Part shown: piece after piece, positions 27,070-37,900 of the stretch | Layout of the letters: each line of letters opens with the position of its first letter | Position numbering within the stretch: position 1 is the stretch's first letter | From: Candidatus Saccharimonadia bacterium | GTDB taxonomy: Bacteria > Patescibacteriota > Saccharimonadia > UBA4664 | Assembly (NCBI GenBank): GCA_036488585.1 | Contig: DASXHH010000024.1 | Location: forward strand, 85-64,084 | DNA length: 64,000 nucleotides | Direction: 5' to 3' | Made by a program: the position numbers and the translations under genes | The notes under the pieces: model-generated | Seen by the model: only the letters and a program-made list of their open reading frames with translations | What the model was told of the DNA's origin: nothing | Databases searched by the model: none

Positions 27070-29016
27070 CTAGAATAGCGGCGGTAGTTCTCCCAGGCCT
27101 TGGTACAAAGATTGGTCAGCACTGGAGTCGAATAATTTGGGCGGATTGAGATAGAGTTGGGGGTTCATGGCTACAACTTCGGCCTCTACGGAGCCTGAAA
27201 TAGCAGGCGGACCGAGGCGGCTGAGCAAGAGGTCGTGTGCCATTAGAAAACCCTTAACATTGAGAGTTGGTGTCACAATACCGCATGGTGCATCCGGAGT
27301 GGCAGCTTTGCCACAGGTATTAATTGTGCCGTCAGTGAACAGGTAGGCATCCACCTCGTTGACACTGCTGAGGATATCAAGATTTTGGTCAGCGATGATG
27401 CCGAGGGACGGGATATCGCTTCGGCCTGTGCCGGACCCAGGATTGAGCACGATATTACCGTTTATTACCACCCGGGAGGCATTTAATGCCACTAAAGTGA
27501 TCCTATTGGAAACAGTGCCGGAAATATCTAGCTCACCACTACCGTAGAAGTAGTAGAGGCCGGATTGGCCGTTAACACTCCAACCTGTGACTGCTCCAGC
27601 GGTTGGGATTGTCTTAATATCAGACCCAGAGTAGGCTCGGGCGAGAGAAAGTAGGTCTGGTCGACAGATTTGACCGTATCCCCCATTTGCACCAAGCGTT
27701 AACAGGTTGGTGCCGCCACTAGAGTTAAACCCGCCGATGAGACCGGTGGCCGACACAACATACTGGCCACTTGAAAGGGTGGTGCCCCTGATATTGCCGA
27801 TAACATTGCCGCCTCCAGACGCAAGACTGCACGCCAGCCCACTGCCGGCATGGATGTCGCTATTCTGCCCCGTCACTATCGGGACTACCACACCCATCAC
27901 ATTATTGGTGGTGCTGCCTGGTAGGACAAGCACGGGGCCTAAAGTGTTAGTAGCAACTCCGGTAGCGGTATTTACACCAATACCCAAACCTGTTGCCTTC
28001 ACGATGATTCTTAATGGCTGCGGCGGCCCGGTCGTCCAAGAGTCGAGTATTGCCGCGTTAGCCGGCAGGCTGAAGCTCCAAGTCAGGGTCTTAGTAGCCG
28101 GTGAGTACGTCGGCGTTGGCGCGCCCGGGGCTGGGCCTACGTAACTCATTTGCGCAGGCAAAGTATCAGTAATTGTAACACTGGTAAGCTGAATCGGTAT
28201 TGACTCCAGCCCCGTTATTGAGTAAACGATATCGTTTCCGACCGCCGTCACCCCAACCTGATCTGAACTCTTTGAAAGCTGCAGCTTAGGCGTCGGTGGC
28301 ATGGGCGGGGCAGTTACGTCCCCAGTCAAGTTGCCGCATTTATCCTTAAGAAGAAACTTGCCGCCAGGATAGTAGAATATCACCGACTTATCAACTTCCG
28401 GGTCTTCACTGTCCTTGGCAAACGCAACGTCAGGCTGGCATTGTTCCGGTGGCGCGCAGCTTAGTAAAATAACATTATTTGTAATAACGCCCCAGCCGTT
28501 CACATCTTGACCTGTAAAGTCCTGGAAAACGTTAAAATTCACAGAGTAACCCGGATATGCTCCACTATTATAGGCTGCTACCAGGGCCACCCAGTCGGCC
28601 CAATGGTCTTGGGCGTATTGAATGCCAGTTACATGTGAACCACCAAAGTCCGGGCCGTTTTTCCCGAGCATAATGTCGACAATAGACGCCACCCGGCCTT
28701 CATTCACTACCGACGTTGCATCAAACAACCTGGCATGGATATTAGAAACAAATGATGAATACGTGATATCTACAGTCGGCCAGTCCGGGGTCAAGCCCGC
28801 AAACTGGGTGGCGCCAACCGGCTCTAGCACATATGTCAGATCATTACCAATCGCCGGAGAGTTACGATTGTCAAAATAGCCGCAATTCAAGTCGCGCCCA
28901 TATGGACCAGATCCGGGGATGTTGCATGCTGCTGCTCGAGCTACCGGGCTAAACGTCACCATTGCTGCGACGCCCAATACGCATATCCCGATCGATGCTA
29001 AAAGCCATCGTTTCAT
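27070..29016 (-). CDS. Large secreted Cys-containing surface protein with a DUF11-like Ig module
   Basis: Signal peptide; 'LSKSSD...GNDIVYSI...VTITDTLPAQMSY' DUF11-like; beta-rich C-terminal domain. Confidence 0.75.
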   Translation of the reverse strand: MKRWLLASIGICVLGVAAMVTFSPVARAAACNIPGSGPYGRDLNCGYFDNRNSPAIGNDLTYVLEPVGATQFAGLTPDWPTVDITYSSFVSNIHARLFDATSVVNEGRVASIVDIMLGKNGPDFGGSHVTGIQYAQDHWADWVALVAAYNSGAYPGYSVNFNVFQDFTGQDVNGWGVITNNVILLSCAPPEQCQPDVAFAKDSEDPEVDKSVIFYYPGGKFLLKDKCGNLTGDVTAPPMPPTPKLQLSKSSDQVGVTAVGNDIVYSITGLESIPIQLTSVTITDTLPAQMSYVGPAPGAPTPTYSPATKTLTWSFSLPANAAILDSWTTGPPQPLRIIVKATGLGIGVNTATGVATNTLGPVLVLPGSTTNNVMGVVVPIVTGQNSDIHAGSGLACSLASGGGNVIGNIRGTTLSSGQYVVSATGLIGGFNSSGGTNLLTLGANGGYGQICRPDLLSLARAYSGSDIKTIPTAGAVTGWSVNGQSGLYYFYGSGELDISGTVSNRITLVALNASRVVINGNIVLNPGSGTGRSDIPSLGIIADQNLDILSSVNEVDAYLFTDGTINTCGKAATPDAPCGIVTPTLNVKGFLMAHDLLLSRLGPPAISGSVEAEVVAMNPQLYLNPPKLFDSSADQSLYQGLGELPPLF

Positions 29017-29534
29017 GGCTGCTTCTGCAATTCGCTAATGGCCTGCTCAAATATAGCTTTCTGGAAGGGCGCGCCCGGGAGGTTCTTGGGCATTAGGCGA
29101 ATAGCTTGCTGATAATACCCGATCGCCTGGCTCTTTTGCCCAAGCTGACTACTGGCCATGGCCGCCCCTGCCGCCTCACCAAACGTAATTCCAGTAATAG
29201 CTATGCTATTACGATACGAGTTCAAAGCTGCGCTGAAATTGCCAGCCGTCATATAATCCGCCGCTGCATTCTGCAGGGCTCGCACACGATATTGATTGCT
29301 ATGACTGCGTTGGGCCAGTGCAGTCCATTGATCGGCCGCCTTTGCAAATTTATTTGTTGATTCCAGCTGTTCAGTGATAGCCTGGGTCTCCGAAAAGTCC
29401 TGGCTGGCCAGGTGATCCTCGTAAATAATGTATCCTCTCCAGCCCCCAATAAGAAGAATCACCGCAAATAAAAAGCCACCGATAACTAAATATCGCTTGC
29501 GTCGTACGCGGCTAGCTTGTCCGACCTGTGGCAT
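29013..29534 (-). CDS. TM-anchored TPR protein
   Basis: N-terminal TM; TPR-like 'GQKSQAIGYYQQAI'; ATGA overlap with the downstream gene. Confidence 0.75.
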   Translation of the reverse strand: MPQVGQASRVRRKRYLVIGGFLFAVILLIGGWRGYIIYEDHLASQDFSETQAITEQLESTNKFAKAADQWTALAQRSHSNQYRVRALQNAAADYMTAGNFSAALNSYRNSIAITGITFGEAAGAAMASSQLGQKSQAIGYYQQAIRLMPKNLPGAPFQKAIFEQAISELQKQP

Positions 29535-29623
29535 TGGAAACCCTATAGAATATATCGAAAATTATACTATTTATGTTCGTAAAATGCTTGTGATTCGACG
29601 GGCGAAAATGAATAACCAAACAA

Positions 29624-29663
29624 CCAAAAGACCCAGCCGATAGATGTGACGAGGGTCTTTTGG
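29624..29663. terminator. Inverted repeat, probable terminator
   Basis: CCAAAAGACCC...GGGTCTTTTGG 11-bp stem. Confidence 0.6.
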
Positions 29664-29755
29664 AGCTTAAAATGCGACCGTTAATCGAATCCTAGATCGG
29701 GAATTAGAGAAGGTTGGCGTACAGGCCATATGAAAGTTATTTACTGAGGAGCTGG

Positions 29756-30388
29756 TTACTTTTCGGGGAGTAAGCTTAATAACTGAGAGAAATCCTCAAA
29801 GGAATAGTCGGCTTTCTCGGAATGACCCCAAACCATGACAGCTATGAGCCCGAGCTGCTTAGCAGGGATTATATCCACATCCTCACGGTCGCCGACAAAG
29901 ACAAGGTTGGATGGATGAGCGTTACTACGAGTGACTACAAGTTCAAATCCTTGAGGATGGGGTTTTGGCTCTGAAATGTCATCGCTGGTCAAAATATGTG
30001 TAAACCAGGAAGGATTAATGTTCACGGTATGAAGCGTGCGCTCAACACGCTCCGGCTTGGAGTTACTGAGAAGACCAATCGGTAAAACCTCGCGAATAGT
30101 GTCAACCGTTTTGTATATGCGCTCATCAGGCCTGTAATATTGGGTCTCATCTAGCTGACCAAAATATGTTGGCCAGAAGTCCTTTGGCATTCCGAGTGCC
30201 TTAAAGACCGCCGACTTGCTCCCGTACTTTTTGTAGGCAGCGCGATAGTCATCCTTGACTTCATCACTTACATCTTGATGTGTGGCCTCAGCATAGGCTT
30301 CAAGACATAGAGCATCTTGGGCCGCAAGAAATTCGGGGGTTTGCAGAGTGAGGGTTCCGTTGAGATCAAACCACATTTCTTTAATCAT
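29756..30388 (-). CDS. HAD-superfamily hydrolase
   Basis: 'WFDLNGTL' (DxN variant), 'LLSN', 'KPHP', 'FVGDREDVDI'. Confidence 0.9.
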   Translation of the reverse strand: MIKEMWFDLNGTLTLQTPEFLAAQDALCLEAYAEATHQDVSDEVKDDYRAAYKKYGSKSAVFKALGMPKDFWPTYFGQLDETQYYRPDERIYKTVDTIREVLPIGLLSNSKPERVERTLHTVNINPSWFTHILTSDDISEPKPHPQGFELVVTRSNAHPSNLVFVGDREDVDIIPAKQLGLIAVMVWGHSEKADYSFEDFSQLLSLLPEK

Positions 30389-30412
30389 GAGGTAATTATA
30401 TGCTTAAATACG

Positions 30413-30446
30413 CAAAATCACGCCATGTGGCGCGACTTGACAACGT
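30413..30446. repeat. Direct repeat copy 1 of the tRNA-Trp 3' flank/terminator
   Basis: 33/34 identity with 31139-31172 (CAAAATCACGCC[A/T]TGTGGCGCGACTTGACAACGT). Confidence 0.9.
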
Positions 30447-30533
30447 TATAAAACCATAGCAGGACGTTAATCGAATGATTGAGGACGATTCTGAAGCAAC
30501 TATTGATGAGGTTCGGAAATTATTGGCCGAGAG

Positions 30534-31097
30534 CTAGATGGTAACCCCTAATTGTGTAAGGTCCGTCTTCAGTTGTTCCGCCGATTTGAATTGAGTGGAA
30601 TTAATACCTATATTTGCAGCTGCTTCAACGTGACGGATATTGTCATCGATAAAAACGGATTCTGCAGGAGCTACGTGTAGTTTTTTGAGGGCTAGATGAA
30701 AAATCTCTGGGCTAGGCTTGACCATCCCCACTTCACTCGAAACCACAATAACGTCAAAATATTGTTCTAAATTATTTTCAGCAAGAATGCCTCGGATTAG
30801 TTTTGACGGTGCGTTAGAAATTAGCGCCATCTTATACTCTTTGCTGAGCTTAGAAACAATATTGACTACGGCGTTATCTACGGTAGCAGCGCCATCTACT
30901 TCTTCAAAGGTAACTTCCCGTCCCGTTAGTTCGCTTAATGTGGTTAAAAATTGTTCAGTCGTAATAGCGCCGATATCCTGCTGATGGGAAGCATCAAAAT
31001 ACGGTCCTTCGTGAGGAATTTTATTCGATGCCAGCCAGGCTTTGTAGGCATCGGTACGAATAACATCAAAGAAATCGAAAATGAGAGCTTTGATCAT
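30534..31097 (-). CDS. HAD-superfamily phosphatase
   Basis: 'LIFDFFDV', 'LISN', 'GMVKPSPEIF', 'VFIDDN'. Confidence 0.9.
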   Translation of the reverse strand: MIKALIFDFFDVIRTDAYKAWLASNKIPHEGPYFDASHQQDIGAITTEQFLTTLSELTGREVTFEEVDGAATVDNAVVNIVSKLSKEYKMALISNAPSKLIRGILAENNLEQYFDVIVVSSEVGMVKPSPEIFHLALKKLHVAPAESVFIDDNIRHVEAAANIGINSTQFKSAEQLKTDLTQLGVTI

Positions 31098-31138
31098 TGA
31101 GTAAGTATATCAAGAATGGGAGAAGACCATGCGAAATA

Positions 31139-31172
31139 CAAAATCACGCCTTGTGGCGCGACTTGACAACGT
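31139..31172. repeat. Direct repeat copy 2, containing the tRNA-Trp terminator
   Basis: Minus-strand hairpin TCGCGCC-ACAA-GGCGTGA-TTTTG just downstream of tRNA-Trp; duplicated at 30413-30446. Confidence 0.9.
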
Positions 31173-31181
31173 ATAATAACA

Positions 31182-31257
31182 TGGCAGGGGTGGCAGGACT
31201 CGAACCCACGACACGCGGTTTTGGAGACCGCTGCTCTACCAACTGAGCTACACCCCT
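31182..31257 (-). tRNA. tRNA-Trp (CCA)
   Basis: AGGGGTG...GCGGT-CTCCAAA-ACCGC...GTTCGAGTC...CACCCCTGCCA cloverleaf with encoded CCA. Confidence 0.97.
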
Positions 31258-31292
31258 ACGATGAAGGCGCCGGGAAGCGCCTTCTTATTTTG

Positions 31293-31454
31293 CTATTTAC
31301 TTTCTTTGAACTCAACTACTTTGCGTAGGAGCCGAGAGTACTTGCGGGCGACGATGCGCTCGGTAGTATTCTTGGGGTTCTTGGAGGTGGTATACACCGT
31401 GGTGGGGTCCTCCTCCGAACGCAGAGTGATGACTGGGCGGTTTTTCTTAGCCAT
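31293..31454 (-). CDS. rpmG: 50S ribosomal protein bL33 (Cys-free form), absent from ORF track
   Basis: Hand translation: MAKKKRPVITLRSEEDPTTVYTTSKNPKNTTERIVARKYSRLLRKVVEFKESK. Confidence 0.92.
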   Translation of the reverse strand: MAKKNRPVITLRSEEDPTTVYTTSKNPKNTTERIVARKYSRLLRKVVEFKESK

Positions 31455-31455
31455 T

Positions 31456-31653
31456 TTAGGTTACTTCTCCTTCTTTGGGGGTGATGGCGCTAGCGATCAA
31501 ATAAATGAAGACTCCGGGAAGGACGGTGGTCATGACGGTGACGGTGAGCACAATCAGACGGACCACGGTGACGTCCACTTCGATGTAGTCGGCGATGCCG
31601 GCACAGAGCCCCGAGATTTTTTTACCTTTTTCCTTGAGGACGAGGCGCTTCAT
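31456..31653 (-). CDS. PspC domain protein
   Basis: 'KKISGLCAGIADYIEVDVTVVRLI...YLIASAITP'. Confidence 0.9.
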   Translation of the reverse strand: MKRLVLKEKGKKISGLCAGIADYIEVDVTVVRLIVLTVTVMTTVLPGVFIYLIASAITPKEGEVT

Positions 31654-31680
31654 TGGGGATAAATCCTTTAATTCTTTAAA

Positions 31681-31755
31681 TGGAGCCCAAGGTGGGGATT
31701 GAACCCACGACCCCTTCCTTACCATGGAAGTGCTCTGCCACTGAGCTACTTGGGC
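31681..31755 (-). tRNA. tRNA-Thr (GGT)
   Basis: GCCCAAG...CTTCC-ATGGTAA-GGAAG...GTTCAATCC...CTTGGGCTCCA. Confidence 0.96.
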
Positions 31756-31927
31756 ATGTGCAACTGTCAAACCATAGCACAAATCGCTTGATACGGCAAC
31801 CCATTGAGGACGGGTGACTCGGGTCTCTCGCTAGTTCAAAGCCAGCCCAATTTTTGAGCATAACCGGGTTGAGCCTCAGGTATAAATTTGGTAAAATTTA
31901 AACGTAAGTAGTTTGTGAGGAACAGGT

Positions 31928-34900
31928 CTGAACACCCGGCGTTTTATACGTATAGGGATCTCGTCAAGAAAACTGCTTACTGCCCTGGCCCTCGCGGCGA
32001 CTGGGCTAGTTTGGGTTGGAGTGCTAGTTGGGACTGCCCAGCCTGCTCAGGCCGCGGCCGGCATCAACCAACAGATCAACTTCCAGGGTCGGCTGCTGAC
32101 CGCTAGCGGAGCGGTGGTGGCGGATGGCACTTACAACATGGAGTTCCAAATCTGGCAGGACGGCAATGGCTGCGTTACCGGCTGTACCAGTGCAAATGCC
32201 AACACCAGTAACGGTGGTACCCTGAAGTGGACTGAGGATTGGATCTATGGCACCGGCTCACCTGACAACCGGGTGACCGTTAAGAACGGTTACTATTCAG
32301 TGTCTCTGGGCTCAATCACCTCATTGTCGAGCGTTGACTTCAACCAGAACACCCTGTGGCTATCCATGAACGTTGGTGACACCTCAAACCAGGCCTCCTT
32401 CGCTACTTCCGGTGGTTATCTCATTCCGTTTAAGCGCCTAGCGAGTGCGGTGTACGCTTTGCAGGCGGCTAATTCCAGTGCCCTTGGTAACGTTGCGGCC
32501 GCTAACTATGTGCAATTTGGCACCGGTACCCTCCAGGCTGACAATTCCACCAACTCCAGCATCTATTTCAATAAGACCAACACTGGGAATCTGCTGCAAC
32601 TACAGACCGGCGGCACAAATGCCTTTGTGCTAGATAACTTGGGCAACCTACAATTTGGCAACAACTCAGACAAGACGATCTCGGTGGCCACCGCCAGCTC
32701 GGCCAACGGTAATAGCCTAACGGTGGTGGCTGGTTCGGGCAACGGGACTAGTAAGAACGGCGGGAACCTGGTGTTGGAGGCTGGAGCGGCGACCAGTGGT
32801 GGCACCGGGGGTAGCATTATCGTCAAACCCCTTACCGACTCCACTGCGGCCTTCCAGATCAAAAATGCTGCCGGTAACACTTTCGTCAGCGCCGATTCGA
32901 CGATCAGCAAGCTCACCGTCACGAGCGCCGGCGCGCCGGCCGTCACGGGCTCAGAACTCATAACCACCACTGCCTTCAATAACGCTGCCTGGACATCCGC
33001 CGGCTGGACCACGACCTCTACCACCGCCGCCCATAACACCGGCAACACTTCGCCCCTGTCCACCGGCCAGTTCAGTGCCGTTTCGGGGACTACCTACCAA
33101 GTCACCTTTACCGTCACTGGTAGCCCTACTGCCGGCCAAACCATTACCCCCTGTATCGGCACCACCTGTGGCCAGGCCGTAGCGGGTAACACCACCGGCC
33201 AGGTCGAGCTCATCACGGCCGGGAGCACGCTCACCCCGGCCCTCCAATTCGAGCCCACCACCTCAACCTGGAATGGCACCATCTCCGCCGTCTCGGTCAA
33301 GGCCATCACCGCCGCCTCCGCCGGCCTTTCCGTCACTGATGCTACCTCATCCTTCCCGATTGAGCTACGCAGTAGCGGCGCCTTCGGCAATACCTTTATC
33401 GGCACCTCCTCTGGCTCCTTCGACACCACCGGCTCCCGCAACACCGCCGAGGGCTGGGGCGCCCTGGGCTCCGTCACCACCGGCACCGAAAACACCGCTT
33501 CCGGTTATAACACCCTCCAGGACAACACCACCGGTGGCCAAAACGCGGCCTTTGGTCGCTGGGGTCTACAACTCAACACCACCGGCTCGGGCAATACGGC
33601 GCTTGGCTACGCGGCCGGGCTCAACAACGTCACCGGATCCAACAACACCTTCCTTGGCGCTGGGGCCAGCGAGGACTCATCGGCGGTAGGAGCCCTCCAA
33701 AACGCCACCGCCATTGGAGTGAACTCATTGGTCGCTCAATCCGATAGCCTAGTCCTTGGCTGCATCAACGGTCAAAACAGCTGTACCGCCACCACCAAGG
33801 TCGGTATCGGCACCTCGGCCCCAACCGCCACTCTGGATGTACGCGGCGATACCCAGATCACCAGCGCTTCAACCACTTCCTTCCAGGTGCAGGGTAGCTC
33901 CAGCAGCGCTGTGTTTACAGTGGATACCAGCTCCAACTCCGGCCAGGGCCAGATAATCCTCGGCAAGCCTTCCACTAACAAGGGCGTGATCGTCTTTGAT
34001 GATTCGGTCTCGGCTAATACCGCTTCGCTGAGCGTCGCTGGCAACTCTAATGGTGGCGGTGCTTTTACCTTGCCCAACCTGTCCGGCGCCCAGACCATCT
34101 GCACAAGCAACGCTACCAGTTGTAGCGGTACCTATCTGACGGCTGGTAACTATCTGCAGCAGGCGCCGTCTAGTAGTGCGACCAACACCATCTCGCCGAC
34201 CGGCGCTTCCACCACCGGCCTCATAGTGCAGCAAACCTCCACTTCCGGCGGAGCACCCGACATCTTTGATGTTTACGGCACCTCGAGTGCTACCAAGTTT
34301 ATCCAGGTAACTGGAACTGCATCCAACGCCGGTGCAATTAATATTACGTCCCAAGGGGCCGGCAACGCCGTAACCATTCAAGGTGCGGGCAACGTTAACC
34401 TCGTCACTAATAGTGCCAGCACTGGTACGATCGTTAAGAACTCCACCAACTCCACTTCCGGCTTCCAGGTTCAGCGATCTACCGGTGACACTCTGCTGGG
34501 AGTTGATACCGTTAACAGCAACGTGAACATTCAGGGTGCCAACCTGGTGACGCCTTATGGTGGTCTCGGGATCTACCAGAACTTGCTCAAGTATACCGAG
34601 CAGTTTGATCAGGCGGGTACTTGGGCTGTTTCCGGAACTTTGACAGTGGCGGCAAATTCGACTTCAGCGCCGAATAACCAGACGACTGCGGATACACTTC
34701 CGGCCACTAGTTCCGGTGCTAGCGTCGCTCAGACCTCAACAACCGCCGTGGCCAACACAAACTTTACCTTTAGCGTCTGGATGAGAACCTCCAGTGGTAC
34801 GCAAAACGCGAACCTGCGGATTGATGGCTCCGGTGGTGGCACCGGCACATCGAGCGCGGCGACAGTGACCGCCAACTGGCAGCGCTTTAGTGTGACGCAA

Positions 34901-37900
34901 AACCTTAACCCGGGTTCGGGCTTCAGTGGCAATGCCAAGGTGCTGATTTTCCCCGGTACCACCGCTGGCACTGGAACAGTTATAGCCTGGGGGGCTCAGC
35001 TTGAGCAGGCCAGCACACCTTCAAACTATGCGGCCATGGGCAATGGTGTTTCTACCGCCAGCCAGGTGTTTGGCCAAGTGGTCGACGGCTCGGCATTGTT
35101 CCGCACCTCAAGTGATAACTCGGCTGCCTTCCAGATCCAAAATTCCGCGGGTACAAATCTGTTTTCGGCCAATACGAGCACCGGTCAGCTGGTGGTTGGT
35201 AGTTCCAATAGCCTTAACGGTACGCTGGTGTTTGCCGATAGCGGCGATTCGCAGACCATTACAGTGGGCACCGATAGCAGTGGATCGCTCAATGTGGCGG
35301 TGCCAGGCGGCGGCGGTACCAACCTGCCTCAACTCGATTATGCCGCGCACTTTGCGCAGACAGCTGCAAACACGCCAGCTCTTCCATGGAGCAACACCTA
35401 CAACGTCAATGGTGCCAATAATCCTAACGGTAATACCGATACATATTTGCTCGTGGGGATTATTGACCATAATAGTTGCACAAATACAATCTCTTCCGTG
35501 CAATTCAACTCTACCTCCATGACGCTGATAGGATCCAATACCAAGGGTACCGGGAGCGCTACCTGTTACTACTTGTACGGTTTGGCTGGTGCTACTGGGT
35601 CCCATTCATTGACTATTTCTGGTGCTGGGACCGCTGAAATATATTCAGTCAATGTCACGAGTTGGTATAACGTCAACCAAACGACCCCGTACGGTAGCTT
35701 CCAAACTGCTGCCGGTGGTTTTTCACAGGCGCCAGCGATTAACTATAATTGGCCCGCTGGGCGCGTAGTGGTGGATAACATGAGTGCGTATTTGTATATA
35801 ACTAACGTTTCGACGTCGAGTCTTTGCCAGATGGGACCGGTGGCGCCGCAAAAAGTTGCAGCTGTCGGTGGCGCTACCTCCGAGGTATGTGTTAACGGTA
35901 CTGGTGGAGATATTTTTAGCACTGACGGGGCAAGCTACGCTGATAGCAACGGTAGGAATATGCAAATGGCCTGGACATCGGCCGGTGCTATTGCGACGGG
36001 GTTTTCAGACCCCAGTAATAGTAATGACACTGTGGGTCAGTGGGTTACAGGTGCGGTTGACCTGATAGGTGATACTGGCGGTACGGCAACATTTGGCAAT
36101 AGCAATACCGGTGGTACGTCAGATGGTGGCAACGATGTGAAACAATGGGAGTGTAGCAGCTATGTCTCAACCGCTACTGGTACCGTTTCGTCAATAACCT
36201 CGCAATTTGCCAGCATAGATACGGCTGCCACGGGGGCTGATGGCGTTAACCCGGCGAAAGATGCCGAAGCAGCCGTCTATAGCAACTTTGCTGGGAATAA
36301 CAATATCGGCGGTGAGCCAGGACGTCCGTTGGCGCAAAGCTCTATTGTGCAGTTGGTGGCAGGGGCGAATACATTCAATATGACCAGCAGTACGCAGGTA
36401 TACGCCGGTACACAGTACTGGTTGTGCATAACTAGTAACACAAACTCGGCTACAAGCAACACACTCTTGGAGGATGCGAACCAAAATGTGCCCTATGAAT
36501 ACTTTAAAGCTAGCCCAAGTTCATGGAGTTTTGGTAGCTGGCCGAGCAATATGTCGTCAACTACAAATATAGGTACTTTTGTAGGAGAAGGTTTAGAAAT
36601 TTATGCAACCGTAACTAGGAATACTCCTTCCGGAACGGTAATGAATCTATCTAACTCCGGCCAACTTACGCTCCAAAATGCTAGCGATAGCACAAGCGCC
36701 TTCCAGGTTCAAAACGCCAGCGGTAACGCCCTGATTAACGTCGATACCCAGGACAACCAGGTAAACATTAACGGTGCGCTGTCTGGCTCGGTCGTGCGTT
36801 ATGCTGATTACGGCACTGGAAGTGGTACATTTAATATTCCGATAGTTTCAGCCGGGGTGGGATACAATCTTTCGAGCAATTTCTACACCTCTTCGGGAGG
36901 TGGAACCTACATGAGCCAGTTCAATATTACGGGGTTGCCACAGGTCGAGGGGACGATTGTCTACATAATGACCACTGCTAATAAGCAGACGACCGCTACA
37001 AGCGGCAATGATGAGGTTCAGGTTGAGATAAACGGTACGCTAATAAGCAGTTTGACAGCGTTGGCTGCGTCCGGCACCGGTACTGGTACGACCCATGAGG
37101 ACTACACTCTGATGTATAGCGGGGGGGTTTGGCACATCGTGGGTTATGGACCGGATGCGACCAACGGTACCACCGGTGGCACAAATACAAACGGAACTTT
37201 TGACGGTGCTGACTATGCTGAATACATTGACTACAGCGGTGACATTGCGCCGCAGCCAGGCGACGTACTGACTGTGGGCGGCAACTTTACAACGGTGAAG
37301 GACTCAACGGGAGCATACGACTCACATCTCATGGGCGTAGTGTCTACTGCCCCGTACACGGTGGGTGGTAAGGACGATGGACATGCGGTGGTCTTGGCGC
37401 TAACTGGACGTGTGCCTGTTAAGGTATCGGCAGAAAACGGAGCGATTTCGCCCGGGGACCCACTCACCTCTTCGTCTCTTCCGGGGGTGGCTATGAAGGC
37501 GACCAAGCCGGGTAATATTATTGGAACGGCGCTTGAGGCCTACGACGGCACGGAAACGAGTAACGAAATTAATGTTCAGCTGCATGTGGGCTACGATGAC
37601 CCAACAGCCGGTCAATTGGGTGACCAGATCCAAGGCGATATGCAGCTATCAGGTAACCTTAATATAGGCGGCAGCGCTACGATCGGGGGCGATTTAACAG
37701 TAGCTGGGACTACGACCACTAAAACGCTTGTGGTGACGGGCGACGCGAATGTGAAAGGGGGTTTGACGGTCGGCGGTACAACTAACCTCGCCGATATCAG
37801 TGTAAACGGTCATATTGTTACCGGCGGCAGCACGCCGACGATTAGTGCGCTCACGGCGGCTGGTTTGCAGGGCGCTTCAGCGCAGGTGGATGGCAATGAT

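Noticed and set aside
31163-31177. TTGACA and TATAAT together (TTGACAACGTATAAT)
   Set aside because: The spacing is 3 nt rather than ~17, so it is not a sigma70 promoter; it is part of the tRNA-Trp 3' flank.
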